From: an uncultured Gemmatimonadales bacterium
GTDB taxonomy: Bacteria > Gemmatimonadota > Gemmatimonadetes > Longimicrobiales > RSA9
DNA length: 64,000 nucleotides
Reading direction: 5' to 3'
Assembly (NCBI GenBank): GCA_963783305.1
Contig: CAWAMW010000007.1
Location: 288,001-352,000 of the forward strand
Below the pieces are notes generated by a model. That model was not told the DNA's origin, did no database searches, and worked only from the letters and a program-made list of their open reading frames with translations. Below are positions 36,016 through 45,694 of this stretch, one piece after another; position 1 is the stretch's first letter; every line of letters starts with the position of its first letter. The translations under genes and the position numbers were made by a program.

Positions 36016-37193
36016 CCGCTCCACAGGTGGCGGCGATGCCGGAGGTCATGGCCGGCGCCGCTCCCGCACGGGCGGAGATCCTGACTCAGGGAGGGAACCT
36101 GATCGTCGTGTTGGCTGGCGACTGGCGGCTGGAGGCGGAGGCGCCGCGGTTCGAGGAACTCCTGGACGCCGGACCCGCCGCGGGGGCGGCCGGCGGGACC
36201 ATCGCGGCCGTCCGCTTCGACAGCAGCGCGCTGGGGGCGTGGGACAGCAGCCTGCTGGTGTTCCTGCAGCATGCCCACGGGTACTGCGAAGCACGGGAGC
36301 TGGATCTCGATGACTCGGGGCTGCCCGAACCGATCACGAGACTGCTTGCCCTGTCCAGGGCGGTGCCGGAACGCGAGGCAGCGCCGGACCCGCCCCGGGT
36401 CTCTCGGCTCGCCCGGCTCGGGAATGCCGGCATCTCCGCGTGGGACTCGGGGCTGGACGCCGTCACGTTCACGGGCCAGGTGACGGACAGCGTGATCCGG
36501 CTGCTGCTGCGCCGGGTCCGGATGCGATGGCGTGACTTCTGGGTGGTGGTGCAGACGAACAGCTCGGGCGCGTTCCCCATCGTCACGCTCATCGCCATCC
36601 TCATCGGCGTGATCATCGCCTTCCTGGGTGTGGTGGTCCTGCGGCGGTTCGGCGCCGGGTACTACGTGTCGTATCTGGTCGGGTACGGCATCCTGCGGGA
36701 GATGGGCGCGCTGATGACCGGCATCATCATGGCGGGGCGGACGGGCGCCGCGTTCGCCGCCGAGCTGGGCAGCATGAAGATCACCGAGGAGATCGACGCG
36801 TACACAACCCTCGCCATCTCACCCATCGACCACCTGGTGCTCCCCCGCGTTCTCGGCCTCCTCGTGATGATGCCGCTGCTCGTGATCTACGCCGATTTCA
36901 TCGCCATTGGGGGCGGGATGCTCGTAGCCATCGGGCTCCTGGACCTGACGCCGACCCAGTTCGTGGGTGGTCTGCTGTCCGTGGTCACCCTCTCGGACGC
37001 CGTGCTCGGCGTCTTCAAGGGCGGCGTTTTCGGCCTCATCATTGGCCTTGCCGGATGCATGAAGGGACTCCAGACCGGCTCGGACGCCGGGGCGGTGGGT
37101 CGGTCGGCCACGTCGGCGGTGGTGCTGGGCATCACGCTGATCATCGTGGCCAACGCGCTGATCGACTGGCTCGCGGTCCTGGTACACGTATGA
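36012..37193 (+). CDS. MlaE-family ABC permease with N-terminal STAS-like domain
   Basis: LGAWDSS; LREMGALMTGIIMAGRTGAAFAAELGSMKITEEIDA; VGRSATSAVV. Confidence 0.92.
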   Translation: MTAPQVAAMPEVMAGAAPARAEILTQGGNLIVVLAGDWRLEAEAPRFEELLDAGPAAGAAGGTIAAVRFDSSALGAWDSSLLVFLQHAHGYCEARELDLDDSGLPEPITRLLALSRAVPEREAAPDPPRVSRLARLGNAGISAWDSGLDAVTFTGQVTDSVIRLLLRRVRMRWRDFWVVVQTNSSGAFPIVTLIAILIGVIIAFLGVVVLRRFGAGYYVSYLVGYGILREMGALMTGIIMAGRTGAAFAAELGSMKITEEIDAYTTLAISPIDHLVLPRVLGLLVMMPLLVIYADFIAIGGGMLVAIGLLDLTPTQFVGGLLSVVTLSDAVLGVFKGGVFGLIIGLAGCMKGLQTGSDAGAVGRSATSAVVLGITLIIVANALIDWLAVLVHV

Positions 37194-37987
37194 CCGCCGC
37201 CCAGCTCGCCGGCGCCGGGCGCGGGGCCCCCGGGCCGCCCACCATCGAGGTGAGCGATCTGATGATGATGTACGGGTCGCTCCTCATCATGAAGGAGCTG
37301 ACCTTCTCGGTCACCAAGGGTGAGGTCTTCGTCATCATGGGCGGGAGCGGGAGCGGGAAGAGCACGCTGTTGAAGCACCTGATCGGGCTCAAGGACCCGG
37401 CGCAGGGCAGGATCCTGTTCCACGGTGAGGATTTCGGCGGGGCGGCCCCGGAGGAGCGGAAACGAATGCTTCGCAGGATGGGCGTCCTCTACCAGAACGG
37501 CGCCCTTTGGGGCGGTCTCACCCTCGGGGAGAACGTGGCGCTGCCGCTGGAGGAGTTCACCGCGCTGGACGCCCGGGCCATCGGCGAGGTGGTGGCCCTG
37601 AAGCTGGCGCTGGTGGGGCTCAGCGGGTACGAGGAGTTCTATCCCGCGGCGATCAGTGGCGGGATGCGGAAGCGCGCGGCTCTGGCCCGGGCCATCGCGC
37701 TGGATCCGGAGGTGGTCTTCTTCGACGAGCCGTCGTCCGGCCTGGATCCCATCAGCGCCAGCCGGCTGGACGACCTGATCCTGGAGCTGAAGGCGAGCTT
37801 CGGCACCACCATCATCGTGGTGACCCACGACCTGGCCAGCATCTTCAGGATCGCCGACCGGGCGCTGTTCCTGGACATCGGAGCCAGGACCATGACGGCC
37901 CTCGGCAGCCCCGCAGAGCTGCGGGATGACCCGCCGAGCGAGCAGGTCCACCAGTTCCTCACCCGCAGCAGCGAAGGCGCATCATGA
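37190..37987 (+). CDS. MlaF-like ABC transporter ATP-binding protein
   Basis: GGSGSGKS, ISGGMRKR, FFDEPSSGLDP, VTHD. Confidence 0.93.
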   Translation: MTAAQLAGAGRGAPGPPTIEVSDLMMMYGSLLIMKELTFSVTKGEVFVIMGGSGSGKSTLLKHLIGLKDPAQGRILFHGEDFGGAAPEERKRMLRRMGVLYQNGALWGGLTLGENVALPLEEFTALDARAIGEVVALKLALVGLSGYEEFYPAAISGGMRKRAALARAIALDPEVVFFDEPSSGLDPISASRLDDLILELKASFGTTIIVVTHDLASIFRIADRALFLDIGARTMTALGSPAELRDDPPSEQVHQFLTRSSEGAS

Positions 37988-38970
37988 GCATCCGCGCGAA
38001 TCCCACGGCCATCGGGTCGTTCCTGATCGGCGGCCTGGTCCTGCTGGTAGCGGGGACGGCGACGCTGGCGTCCACGGCCTGGTTCGACGAGAGGTCCACC
38101 TTCATCAGCTTCTTCGAGGAGTCGGTGAACGGCCTCGAGAATGGCGCCCCGGTGAAGTTCCAGGGCGTGCCCGTGGGGAATGTGACCGGGATGCGGATCC
38201 AGATCGACGAGCGCGACAAGACGTTCCAGGTCCCCGTGGAGTACGAGATCGACCTCACCCGCCTGAGGAACCAGACGGGGACCTTCGTCGACCTGGACGA
38301 AAGCGGCGTGCTGGAACGCCAGATCGCCGACGGCCTCCGCGCACAGCTGCAGATGGAGAGTATCGTCACCGGCCAGCTCTACATCGAGCTCAGCTACCGC
38401 ACCGACCCGGCGCCGCCGGAGCTGGAAGAGCGGCGCACCCCCTGGCCGGAGATTCCTACCTCGCCGTCCCTCCTGGCGGCGCTGGGCACCGGCGCGGGCA
38501 GCCTCGTGGCCGACATCCTCAGGGTGCTCTTCCAGGTCAATGAGATGCTGGCCGAAATCGACATGCCCCAGATCAACGAAGCCGTGATGGCGTCCGCGGA
38601 AGCGGTGGAAGGGCTGGTCGCGGGGCCGGAGCTCCAGGCAGCCCTCGAGCAGCTGCCGGGCCTGACGGCCCAGGCCAACCGGACCATGGAGGAGCTGGGA
38701 CGCCTCGCCGTGAACGCGGACGCCGCCATCGCGCCGATCCAGCTCCAGCTGGAGGGGACGGCCACGGAGCTGACGGCCACCCTCGAGGTCATGCGCAGGA
38801 CGCTGGAGGAGACGCACGGTCTGCTATCCACCGACTCCGGGCTCGGCTACGAGCTCCAGGAGACGCTGACCAGCCTCAGGGAAGCCGCGGACGCGCTCAA
38901 CCTGCTCGTCACCTCCCTCGAGCAGAACCCCGACATGCTGTTGCGCGGCCGGAAGCCGCCGGAGAACTGA
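37984..38970 (+). CDS. MlaD/MCE-domain protein
   Basis: N-terminal TM; SVNGLENGAPVKFQGVPVGNV; LQMESIVTGQLYIEL; helical tail ending NPDMLLRG. Confidence 0.92.
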   Translation: MSIRANPTAIGSFLIGGLVLLVAGTATLASTAWFDERSTFISFFEESVNGLENGAPVKFQGVPVGNVTGMRIQIDERDKTFQVPVEYEIDLTRLRNQTGTFVDLDESGVLERQIADGLRAQLQMESIVTGQLYIELSYRTDPAPPELEERRTPWPEIPTSPSLLAALGTGAGSLVADILRVLFQVNEMLAEIDMPQINEAVMASAEAVEGLVAGPELQAALEQLPGLTAQANRTMEELGRLAVNADAAIAPIQLQLEGTATELTATLEVMRRTLEETHGLLSTDSGLGYELQETLTSLREAADALNLLVTSLEQNPDMLLRGRKPPEN

Positions 38971-38972
38971 TC

Positions 38973-39686
38973 ATGAACTGGAACGTGGCACGAAGCGCAT
39001 CTCTCGCGGTCCTCGGGGTGCTGATCCTGGCCATGATGCCGGGGTGCTTCAGCCTGGGGCGTACCTCCCCAACGGTGGAGCAGTACGTGATCGGGGGAGC
39101 CGAGCCGGCCGCCGCGGTGGGGCCCGTTCCCGGGGTCGACGGTGTGGCGGTGGGCCTGCGGGGGATCGATCTCGCCCCCTACCTCGCGACGCGCGCCATC
39201 GTGGTGCGGCGCGGGAGCCATGAGGTCGTGACGTCCGACTACCACCGGTGGGGCGAGGACCTCGCCGAGGGCATCAACCGGGCACTCGCCCGGCACCTGG
39301 CCGCGACGGAGTCGTTCCGTGCGGTGGATGTGGCGCCGTGGCCGGTTCGTACGTCGTACGACTACGTGGTCCGGATCCACATCACACGGTTCGAGGGCGT
39401 GGTGCCCGGGGCGACGTCTCCGACGGCGGGAGCGGCTGCCGGAGCAGGGGAGGGAGCGTCCCACGTGGGCGCCTCGTGGGAGATCATCCGGCAGCAGGAC
39501 GGGACGGTGCTCGCCCGCGGAGCTACGGAGCACGTGGAGGAGGGCTGGGTGGTAGGTGATTACGCAGCCCTCGTCGCCCTCCTGGATGAGGGGCTGGCCG
39601 TGCTGGCCCGTGAGGTGACGGCAGCCATTCGGGGGCTGGCGGTGAAGGCGGCGGACGCCAGCCGGACCGGCGCTGACCGGCGATGA
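38973..39686 (+). CDS. PqiC-like ABC transport auxiliary lipoprotein
   Basis: Signal ending MPGC; LAPYL, YHRWGEDL, ITRFEG motifs; operon position. Confidence 0.85.
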   Translation: MNWNVARSASLAVLGVLILAMMPGCFSLGRTSPTVEQYVIGGAEPAAAVGPVPGVDGVAVGLRGIDLAPYLATRAIVVRRGSHEVVTSDYHRWGEDLAEGINRALARHLAATESFRAVDVAPWPVRTSYDYVVRIHITRFEGVVPGATSPTAGAAAGAGEGASHVGASWEIIRQQDGTVLARGATEHVEEGWVVGDYAALVALLDEGLAVLAREVTAAIRGLAVKAADASRTGADRR

Positions 39687-40891
39687 GCGAGCTCCCACCC
39701 GTTCACCGCCGCAGGCTCGAGAGCGTGTCGTTCCTGGCTCTCGTCATCATCACGTCGGCGGTCTTCTTCTGGATGATCCGGGCCTTCATCTGGCCCGTCT
39801 TCTGGGCCGGGATCCTGGCAGTGCTGTTCCACGGGATCCACACCCGGCTGGTGACCGCGTGCCGCAACAGGGCCACGCCGGCCGCGCTCCTCTCCATGCT
39901 GGCCGTGGTGATCTTCGTGGTGCTGCCCTTCGCGCTGGTGGGCGGGGCCATCGCGCGGCAGGCGCTGCTGCTGTATCGCGGCATCGCCTCCGGGGAGATC
40001 AGCGTGCAGGGGCCCATCGACATGCTCGAGCGTTCTCTTCCCGCGGTCTCGGGGTTCCTCCGTCGTTACGGCGTCGATCTGGCCCAGCTGCGGGTCTCGG
40101 TGCAGGAGCTGGCGGCCTCGGCTACTCAGATCGTGGCGACGCGCGCCCTAAGCGTGGGCCAGGACGCGCTGACGGCCACGCTCCTGTTCGTCCTCATGCT
40201 CTACCTCCTGTTCTATTTCTTCCGGGATGGCGCCTCGATCGTAGCGCGGATCGTACACGTCCTTCCGGTGGGTGAAGAGCGCAGGATCCGACTCCTGCTG
40301 AAGTTCACCCAGGTGGTACGGGCCACGGTGAAGGGCAACCTGATCGTGGCCGTGGTCCAGGGCGGACTCCTCACCCTGCTCTTCTGGATCATCGGGATCC
40401 AGACCGCCCTGTTCTGGGGCGTGGTGACGGCGGTGCTCTCCCTCCTCCCCGCCGTTGGCGCCAGCTTCGTATGGCTACCCGGTGCGGCCATCATGTTCGC
40501 TACGGGTCAGGTGGGTCAGGGCGTGGTTGTGCTGCTCGGGGGGGTAGTGATCACGGCGGCGGAGAACGTCCTTCGACCCGTCGTCATCGGCCGGGACACG
40601 CAGATGCCCGATTACCTGATCCTCGTTTCCACGCTCGGCGGCATCATGGTTTTCGGGCTGGCCGGTTTCGTGGCCGGGCCGGTCATCGCCGCGCTCTTCC
40701 TGGTGCTCTGGGAGCTGTTTGCCGAGGAATACGGGCGAGCCGATGGTAGACGGGACCTGCTGGGCGGCGTGGCCTCAGGCCCGCCCAGCGTGACAGAGCG
40801 GCCGCAAGCTCCAGCCGTAGACACAGACGGCGCACCGCTACTGGAACAGACCGAGCGGACACCACACCAGTCCGTCGACCGGACCTACTGA
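39683..40891 (+). CDS. AI-2E family transporter
   Basis: LLFYFFRDG, LLPAVG, ENVLRP, STLGG..FGLAGFVAGPVI. Confidence 0.9.
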   Translation: MSELPPVHRRRLESVSFLALVIITSAVFFWMIRAFIWPVFWAGILAVLFHGIHTRLVTACRNRATPAALLSMLAVVIFVVLPFALVGGAIARQALLLYRGIASGEISVQGPIDMLERSLPAVSGFLRRYGVDLAQLRVSVQELAASATQIVATRALSVGQDALTATLLFVLMLYLLFYFFRDGASIVARIVHVLPVGEERRIRLLLKFTQVVRATVKGNLIVAVVQGGLLTLLFWIIGIQTALFWGVVTAVLSLLPAVGASFVWLPGAAIMFATGQVGQGVVVLLGGVVITAAENVLRPVVIGRDTQMPDYLILVSTLGGIMVFGLAGFVAGPVIAALFLVLWELFAEEYGRADGRRDLLGGVASGPPSVTERPQAPAVDTDGAPLLEQTERTPHQSVDRTY

Positions 40892-40928
40892 ACGGACCGA
40901 GCGGCAACGACAATGCGCGAGCTTCGAA

Positions 40929-40944
40929 TGGCAGAGAGTTTGCC
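40929..40944 (+). promoter_or_regulatory. Sigma54-type promoter candidate
   Basis: TGGCAGAGAGTTTGCC (GG-N10-GC), about 50 nt upstream of the cytochrome c gene. Confidence 0.55.
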
Positions 40945-40992
40945 CTCCTGCTGGCGGGGTGCGCCCTGAGACGGGTGAGACTCTGAGAGCCC

Positions 40993-41589
40993 ATGACAGG
41001 AGAGGATTTCATGACGTCGGGAACAGTGGTCGGAGCCGTGGCGGTGGCGATGATCCTCGGTGCGTGCGATGGACGGGGCGACGTGCCGACGCCGAAGGAC
41101 GATGTGCCCGTGCCCACGGAGGAAACGGCGCGTGGAGAAGGGGTGGCGCCGCCGTCCGGGAATCGGCCCGACGCGGGGTCGGGTCGGGGCATGCCCATGA
41201 GTGGCGGCATGGGGGAGATGCAGGGGCGGATGATGGGCGGCGGATCGCCGGAAGACGCGCCGGAGGCAAATGCCGCGGAGGCCAGCACCGCCGGCTGTCC
41301 GGACGTGACCCAGGAGCTCGCCGATCGCGGGCGGGAGGTCTACGCCGGGGCCGGCAACTGCTTCACGTGTCACGGCGGGGACGCCGCAGGCTCACCGCTG
41401 GCGCCGGACCTGACGGACGGGGAATGGCTCAACGTGGACGGGACCTACGGATCCATTCTCGCGGTGGTCCGGGAGGGAGTGGCCCAGCCGCAGCAGTTCC
41501 CCGCGCCCATGCCGGCGATGGGAGGCGCGAACCTGTCCGAGAATCAGCTCTGTGCCGTGGCAGCCTACGTCTATTCTCTGAGCCACTGA
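40993..41589 (+). CDS. Monoheme c-type cytochrome lipoprotein with Met-rich linker
   Basis: Lipobox LGAC; CFTCH; APDLTDGEW; PMPAMGG axial Met; start may be 41011. Confidence 0.88.
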   Translation: MTGEDFMTSGTVVGAVAVAMILGACDGRGDVPTPKDDVPVPTEETARGEGVAPPSGNRPDAGSGRGMPMSGGMGEMQGRMMGGGSPEDAPEANAAEASTAGCPDVTQELADRGREVYAGAGNCFTCHGGDAAGSPLAPDLTDGEWLNVDGTYGSILAVVREGVAQPQQFPAPMPAMGGANLSENQLCAVAAYVYSLSH

Positions 41590-41700
41590 AACGGAGTCGC
41601 CCCGCGCCCACGGCAGCCCCCGCGCCGCCCGCTCGAGGACATCAGCTCGGCGGAGACGCGGCTCCGTGCACGCGACTCGCCGTGCAAGGGGTGAAGACCG

Positions 41701-41733
41701 CTTAATCCGAAGTTCATCCGGAACTCACGCGGT
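41701..41733 (+). promoter_or_regulatory. 11-bp-period direct repeats (possible OmpR/CusR-family site)
   Basis: CTTAATCCGAA / GTTCATCCGGA / ACTCACGCGGT upstream of the Met/His-rich lipoprotein gene. Confidence 0.35.
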
Positions 41734-41792
41734 GGACGCTAGACTACAGTCGGCAACCAACGGGTCGGTCCTTTTGTAAAGGTGGAGTTGAG

Positions 41793-42767
41793 ATGATGAC
41801 AGGACGAACGGGGAGGATGCTCACGCTGATGGGCGCCGTGGCGGTGGGTATGGGGGCCTGCGACGACACGACAACGATCGAGCCGGAGACCACGCTGCTG
41901 AGCGTGGCGCCCGCTGCGGGGGCCGTGGACGTGGCGACCGACGCACCGATCGAGGTGACGTTCGACCGGCCGATGGGCGATCACGCGACCGACTACGCGG
42001 ACCTTCACCGCGGGGACGTGAACGGCCCCATGGTGGGAGGCGAGTGGAGCATGCAGTCGGGTGGAATGACTCTGCACTTCACGCCCCACGAGCCGCTGGA
42101 GCCGGGCACCGAATACACGCTGCACCTGGGCGGCGGGATGATGGATGCCGACGGGCATCCCGCGGATATGGAGAGCCACGGCACGTCCATGGGCGGCATG
42201 TGGGCCGATGGTGGGATGATGTCCGGCGGCATGGGCTCGCACATGGGCAATGGCTGGCAGGACAAGAACGGCAGCTATGGAATGGTCTTCAGCTTCACGA
42301 CGGCCGGGACGGCAGCGACCGCGCTGGTGGCGGTGGCGCCGCAGGGCGGGGATACCGGGGTGGACCCGACGGCACCGGTCGTCGTGACGTTCAACCACGC
42401 CATCGATCCGGCCATGGCCGAGTACGCGGCGCTGCATGAGGGCGATGTGACGGGTCCGGAAGTGCCCGGGACATGGACGCTCTCCGAGGACTCGACGCAG
42501 CTCATCTTCACGCAGGATGAGCCGCTCAAGGCGGGGACCCGGTACACCATCCACCTGGGCGGAGGGATGATGGACGCCGAGGGGCACCACGTGGACATGG
42601 ATGAAAACGGCACCCACATGGGCGGCGAGTGGGCCACCGGCTCCATGATGGGCGGGGGCATGAGCGGCGGCATGAGCGGCGGCGAGCACAACCACATGGG
42701 GCAGGGGTGGGAGCATCCTGACAATGGCAGCTACGGGATGATCTTCACCTTCACGACTGCGGCATAG
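41793..42767 (+). CDS. Lipoprotein with two tandem Ig-like (Big_5-type) domains carrying Met/His-rich inserts
   Basis: MGAC lipobox; repeated VTF[DN]xx[MI], FT..EPL..GT.YT.HLGGGMMDA.GH...HMG.GW...NGSYGM.F.FTTA. Confidence 0.8.
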   Translation: MMTGRTGRMLTLMGAVAVGMGACDDTTTIEPETTLLSVAPAAGAVDVATDAPIEVTFDRPMGDHATDYADLHRGDVNGPMVGGEWSMQSGGMTLHFTPHEPLEPGTEYTLHLGGGMMDADGHPADMESHGTSMGGMWADGGMMSGGMGSHMGNGWQDKNGSYGMVFSFTTAGTAATALVAVAPQGGDTGVDPTAPVVVTFNHAIDPAMAEYAALHEGDVTGPEVPGTWTLSEDSTQLIFTQDEPLKAGTRYTIHLGGGMMDAEGHHVDMDENGTHMGGEWATGSMMGGGMSGGMSGGEHNHMGQGWEHPDNGSYGMIFTFTTAA

Positions 42768-42874
42768 CCGCTGAGGGCGGAGACCGCAGTAGACGGGGAT
42801 CCCGTCGCGCTATGCCGCGAAGTGGTTGCTGACCGTACTTGACCGGCGCACTTTGCCGCGGGCACCTTCGGACC

Positions 42875-43759
42875 ATGGCAAGTCTCCCGCCCGATCCGTC
42901 CATACCAGACGGTCCGTGGACGCCATCCTCTCCCCGTCCATGGGACGTCGCGCGCCACTACGATGAGCTCGACTCCTACTACCGCGACCTCTGGGGTGAG
43001 CACGTGCACCACGGCTTCTGGCGACGCGGCGCCCGGTCGCTGCCGGAGGCCACAGATGACCTTATCCGCCAGGTGGTCGACCGCGGGGGCATCCCGGATG
43101 GAGCGGTCGTCTGCGACGTGGGATCCGGCTACGGGGCAACGGCGCGGTTCCTCGCCCGCGAGATGGACGCCCGCGTCACGGCCGTCACCATCTCCGCCGT
43201 CCAGCACGCGGCCGCCCTGGCCGCCCCGCGCGTCGCGCCGGCCCCGGACTACCGCCTGGGCGACTTCATCGAGAGCGCCCTTCCCACCGCTTCCTTCGAT
43301 GCGGCCATCGCCGTGGAGTCGCTGTCCCACATGCCGGACCTCCCCGCCACGCTCCGGGAGGTCCGAAGAATTCTGCGCCCCGGCGCCCCCTTTGTCGCCT
43401 GCGTCTGGCTCGCCGGCGACCACGTCTCAGGATGGCGAACGCGCCACCTCCTGGAGCCGATCCGCCGGGAGGGCCGTCTCGCCCGGCTGTGCTCCGCGGA
43501 CGAGCTGGAGGCGGAGCTCCGCGCCGCCGGCTTCCGTACCGAGAGCTTCGACGATATCTCCGGGGATGTGAGACGGACCTGGAGCGTCGTCGTCGGCAGG
43601 GTCCTCGGGCGGCTGGCTCGGGACCGGGAGGCGCGGCGGGTAGTCGCGGCCGGCGGAGAGGCCGTCTTCGCCCGAACGGTCGCCAGGATCTGGCTGGCCT
43701 ACCGGGTCAACGCCATGCGATACGGCGTCTTCACAGCACGCTGCCCTGGTGCCCCCTGA
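42875..43759 (+). CDS. Class I SAM-dependent methyltransferase (tocopherol/sterol MT-like)
   Basis: VARHYDEL..WGEHVHHGFW, DVGSGYG, AVESLSHMPD, RILRPG. Confidence 0.88.
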   Translation: MASLPPDPSIPDGPWTPSSPRPWDVARHYDELDSYYRDLWGEHVHHGFWRRGARSLPEATDDLIRQVVDRGGIPDGAVVCDVGSGYGATARFLAREMDARVTAVTISAVQHAAALAAPRVAPAPDYRLGDFIESALPTASFDAAIAVESLSHMPDLPATLREVRRILRPGAPFVACVWLAGDHVSGWRTRHLLEPIRREGRLARLCSADELEAELRAAGFRTESFDDISGDVRRTWSVVVGRVLGRLARDREARRVVAAGGEAVFARTVARIWLAYRVNAMRYGVFTARCPGAP

Positions 43760-44471
43760 CACGGATGGCCGTGCCGCCGTCACGTTTGGCACGCAGCACG
43801 ACCGCGCCGAGCGCGAGTAGACCCGTGAGCAGCATGACCCACGTGGAGGGCTCGGGCACCGTCGCGGTGGCCGCAGTGAAGTTCGCCTCGAAGTGGAGGT
43901 CCGGGCCCTCGTAACTCGCCCACGGGCTGGTGGTCCAGTCGGCCGTGTTCTCACCGTTGTTCAGGAAGACACTGGTCCCGCCGCCGTACTCGTCGCTCGT
44001 CGCGGTCTCCCACTGAATTCGTCCCGTGCCGGAGAGACCCGATGTGCTCAGGAAGAGCGCGTAGACGTTCCCGGGAACGACCGACAGTCCGCCGGTTCCG
44101 AACGCGTACTCCGTGAAAGGGGTGGAAGGCGTCGCGTCGTGGGTGAACACGCCGCTCGTGTAAAGGGCCGGACCGGCCGCCATCGAGCCGTTCCATGCGT
44201 ACACGTACGCCATGAACGAGAGACTCGGCGTGGACGGCTCCGGGAAGTTCGTGGAGGTCCGTCCGAGCCAGAACGAGAAGCTATTGAGGATGTTGTCGGT
44301 GGGTGCCGTGATCGTCTGCCCGTAGGTCTGCGTGTTCGGCTTCCCCCAGGACTGGATTATGCCGCCACCGCCGGCTCCGATCGTCGTCTGGGCGGCTGCG
44401 GGGGTCACGACGGCAACGGCCAGCGCGGTCACCAGGGAGAAGAGCCTTCGTGATCTCGACGGGGAGTTCAT
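43731..44471 (-). CDS. PEP-CTERM sorting-domain surface protein
   Basis: Signal peptide ending AAA-Q; C-terminal VPEPSTWVMLLTGLLALGAVVLRAKR. Confidence 0.9.
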   Translation of the reverse strand: MNSPSRSRRLFSLVTALAVAVVTPAAAQTTIGAGGGGIIQSWGKPNTQTYGQTITAPTDNILNSFSFWLGRTSTNFPEPSTPSLSFMAYVYAWNGSMAAGPALYTSGVFTHDATPSTPFTEYAFGTGGLSVVPGNVYALFLSTSGLSGTGRIQWETATSDEYGGGTSVFLNNGENTADWTTSPWASYEGPDLHFEANFTAATATVPEPSTWVMLLTGLLALGAVVLRAKRDGGTAIRVRGHQGSVL

Positions 44472-44740
44472 GGGAGCCTCGGAATTGGGAGGGATGTCAG
44501 CGAAGCAACTTGTTACTATACGCAGGATCCACGCCCGGTGGTCTGTGTGGGAGCAGGACGTCGTGGAGTGGACGCGCAAGTTCGCCATGGCGTGGCCGGC
44601 TCCGGAGCGACGTACCACAAGCCTCGCGCGGTCGCGGGATCGGCCGGTCGCCGGCAATCCGGGGCGCAATCCTTGCTCGCCGTTTGTCCACGGGCGGTCG
44701 TCGCGCCGCACCGCTCCTCCCTCGTATCGGAGAGTCCGCC

Positions 44741-44962
44741 ATGAAGAAGAGTGAACTCGTACAGGTCGTCGTGGAACGAGCCGGGATCTCGGAGGATCAG
44801 GCCGAAAAGGCCGTCAACGTCGTGCTCGAGCAGTTGAAGACGAGACTACCGGCCCCCGTGGCCGGCCAGATCGACAGCTTCCTTGAGGGCGACGGGGGAA
44901 AGGCGGGCGGCACGGACGTGGGAGACATTGCCAAGCGGGCTGGAGGCCTGTTCGGGAAGTAG
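44741..44962 (+). CDS. Small conserved protein (HU-like/DUF2267-like N-terminus)
   Basis: MKKSELVQVVVERAGISEDQAEKAVNVVLEQLKTRLPAPVAGQID...GGLFGK; GGAG RBS; GGGC-N7-TTGC at 44662-44676. Confidence 0.75.
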   Translation: MKKSELVQVVVERAGISEDQAEKAVNVVLEQLKTRLPAPVAGQIDSFLEGDGGKAGGTDVGDIAKRAGGLFGK

Positions 44963-44996
44963 AGTAGAGCAAGACCCCCTTCGCTAGGGTGTAAGC

Positions 44997-45674
44997 ATGG
45001 CTGATCATCAGCAGTTCTGCCCTGTAGCCCTGACGGCTGAGGTCATCGCGCGCCAATGGACGCCGCTGGTGCTGCGCGAGCTCCTGCTCGGCAGCGTCCG
45101 GTTCAACGAAATACATCGCGGGGTCCCGCGAATGTCGCGGACGCTCCTGTCCACCCGACTCTCGGAGCTGGAGTCGGCGGGGATCGTGGAGCGACGCGCG
45201 GCTGGCGAGCACCCGGAGTACCACCTGACGCGTGCGGGTCAGGCTCTGGAGCCGATCATCATGCAAATGGGCGTGTGGGGCAAACGGTGGCTGAAAATGG
45301 AGCTGACTCGCGACCACCTGGACGTCCCGTACCTGATGTGGGAGATCCAGCGCCGCGTGGACGAGGCCGCGCTTCCTCGGTCGAAGGTGGTCATCAGGTT
45401 TCACTTCACGGACGCCCGCGAGGAGTACCGCCATTTCTGGCTCGTTCTCGAGCGCGATGCCGTAGACCTCTGCCTGGACGATCCCGGTTTCGACTGCGAT
45501 CTCCGGCTCACGTGCGAGGTCCGGACGCTGGTCGACGTCTGGCTCGGCGACGACGAGTTGAGCGCTGCGCTGCGGGAGCGAAGGGTTCGGCTGCGCGGCC
45601 CGCGCGACCTCCGCCGCCAGTTTCCGGACTGGCTCGGCCTCAGCCTGATGGCAGGGGTCGAACGGCAGGCGTAG
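44997..45674 (+). CDS. HxlR-family winged-helix regulator with C-terminal SCP2-like domain
   Basis: QFCPVA, WTPLVLRELL.GSVRFNEIHRGVPRMSRTLLSTRL, DLCLDDPG. Confidence 0.9.
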   Translation: MADHQQFCPVALTAEVIARQWTPLVLRELLLGSVRFNEIHRGVPRMSRTLLSTRLSELESAGIVERRAAGEHPEYHLTRAGQALEPIIMQMGVWGKRWLKMELTRDHLDVPYLMWEIQRRVDEAALPRSKVVIRFHFTDAREEYRHFWLVLERDAVDLCLDDPGFDCDLRLTCEVRTLVDVWLGDDELSAALRERRVRLRGPRDLRRQFPDWLGLSLMAGVERQA

Positions 45675-45694
45675 CGCCCCGACGCCGGCGCGGC

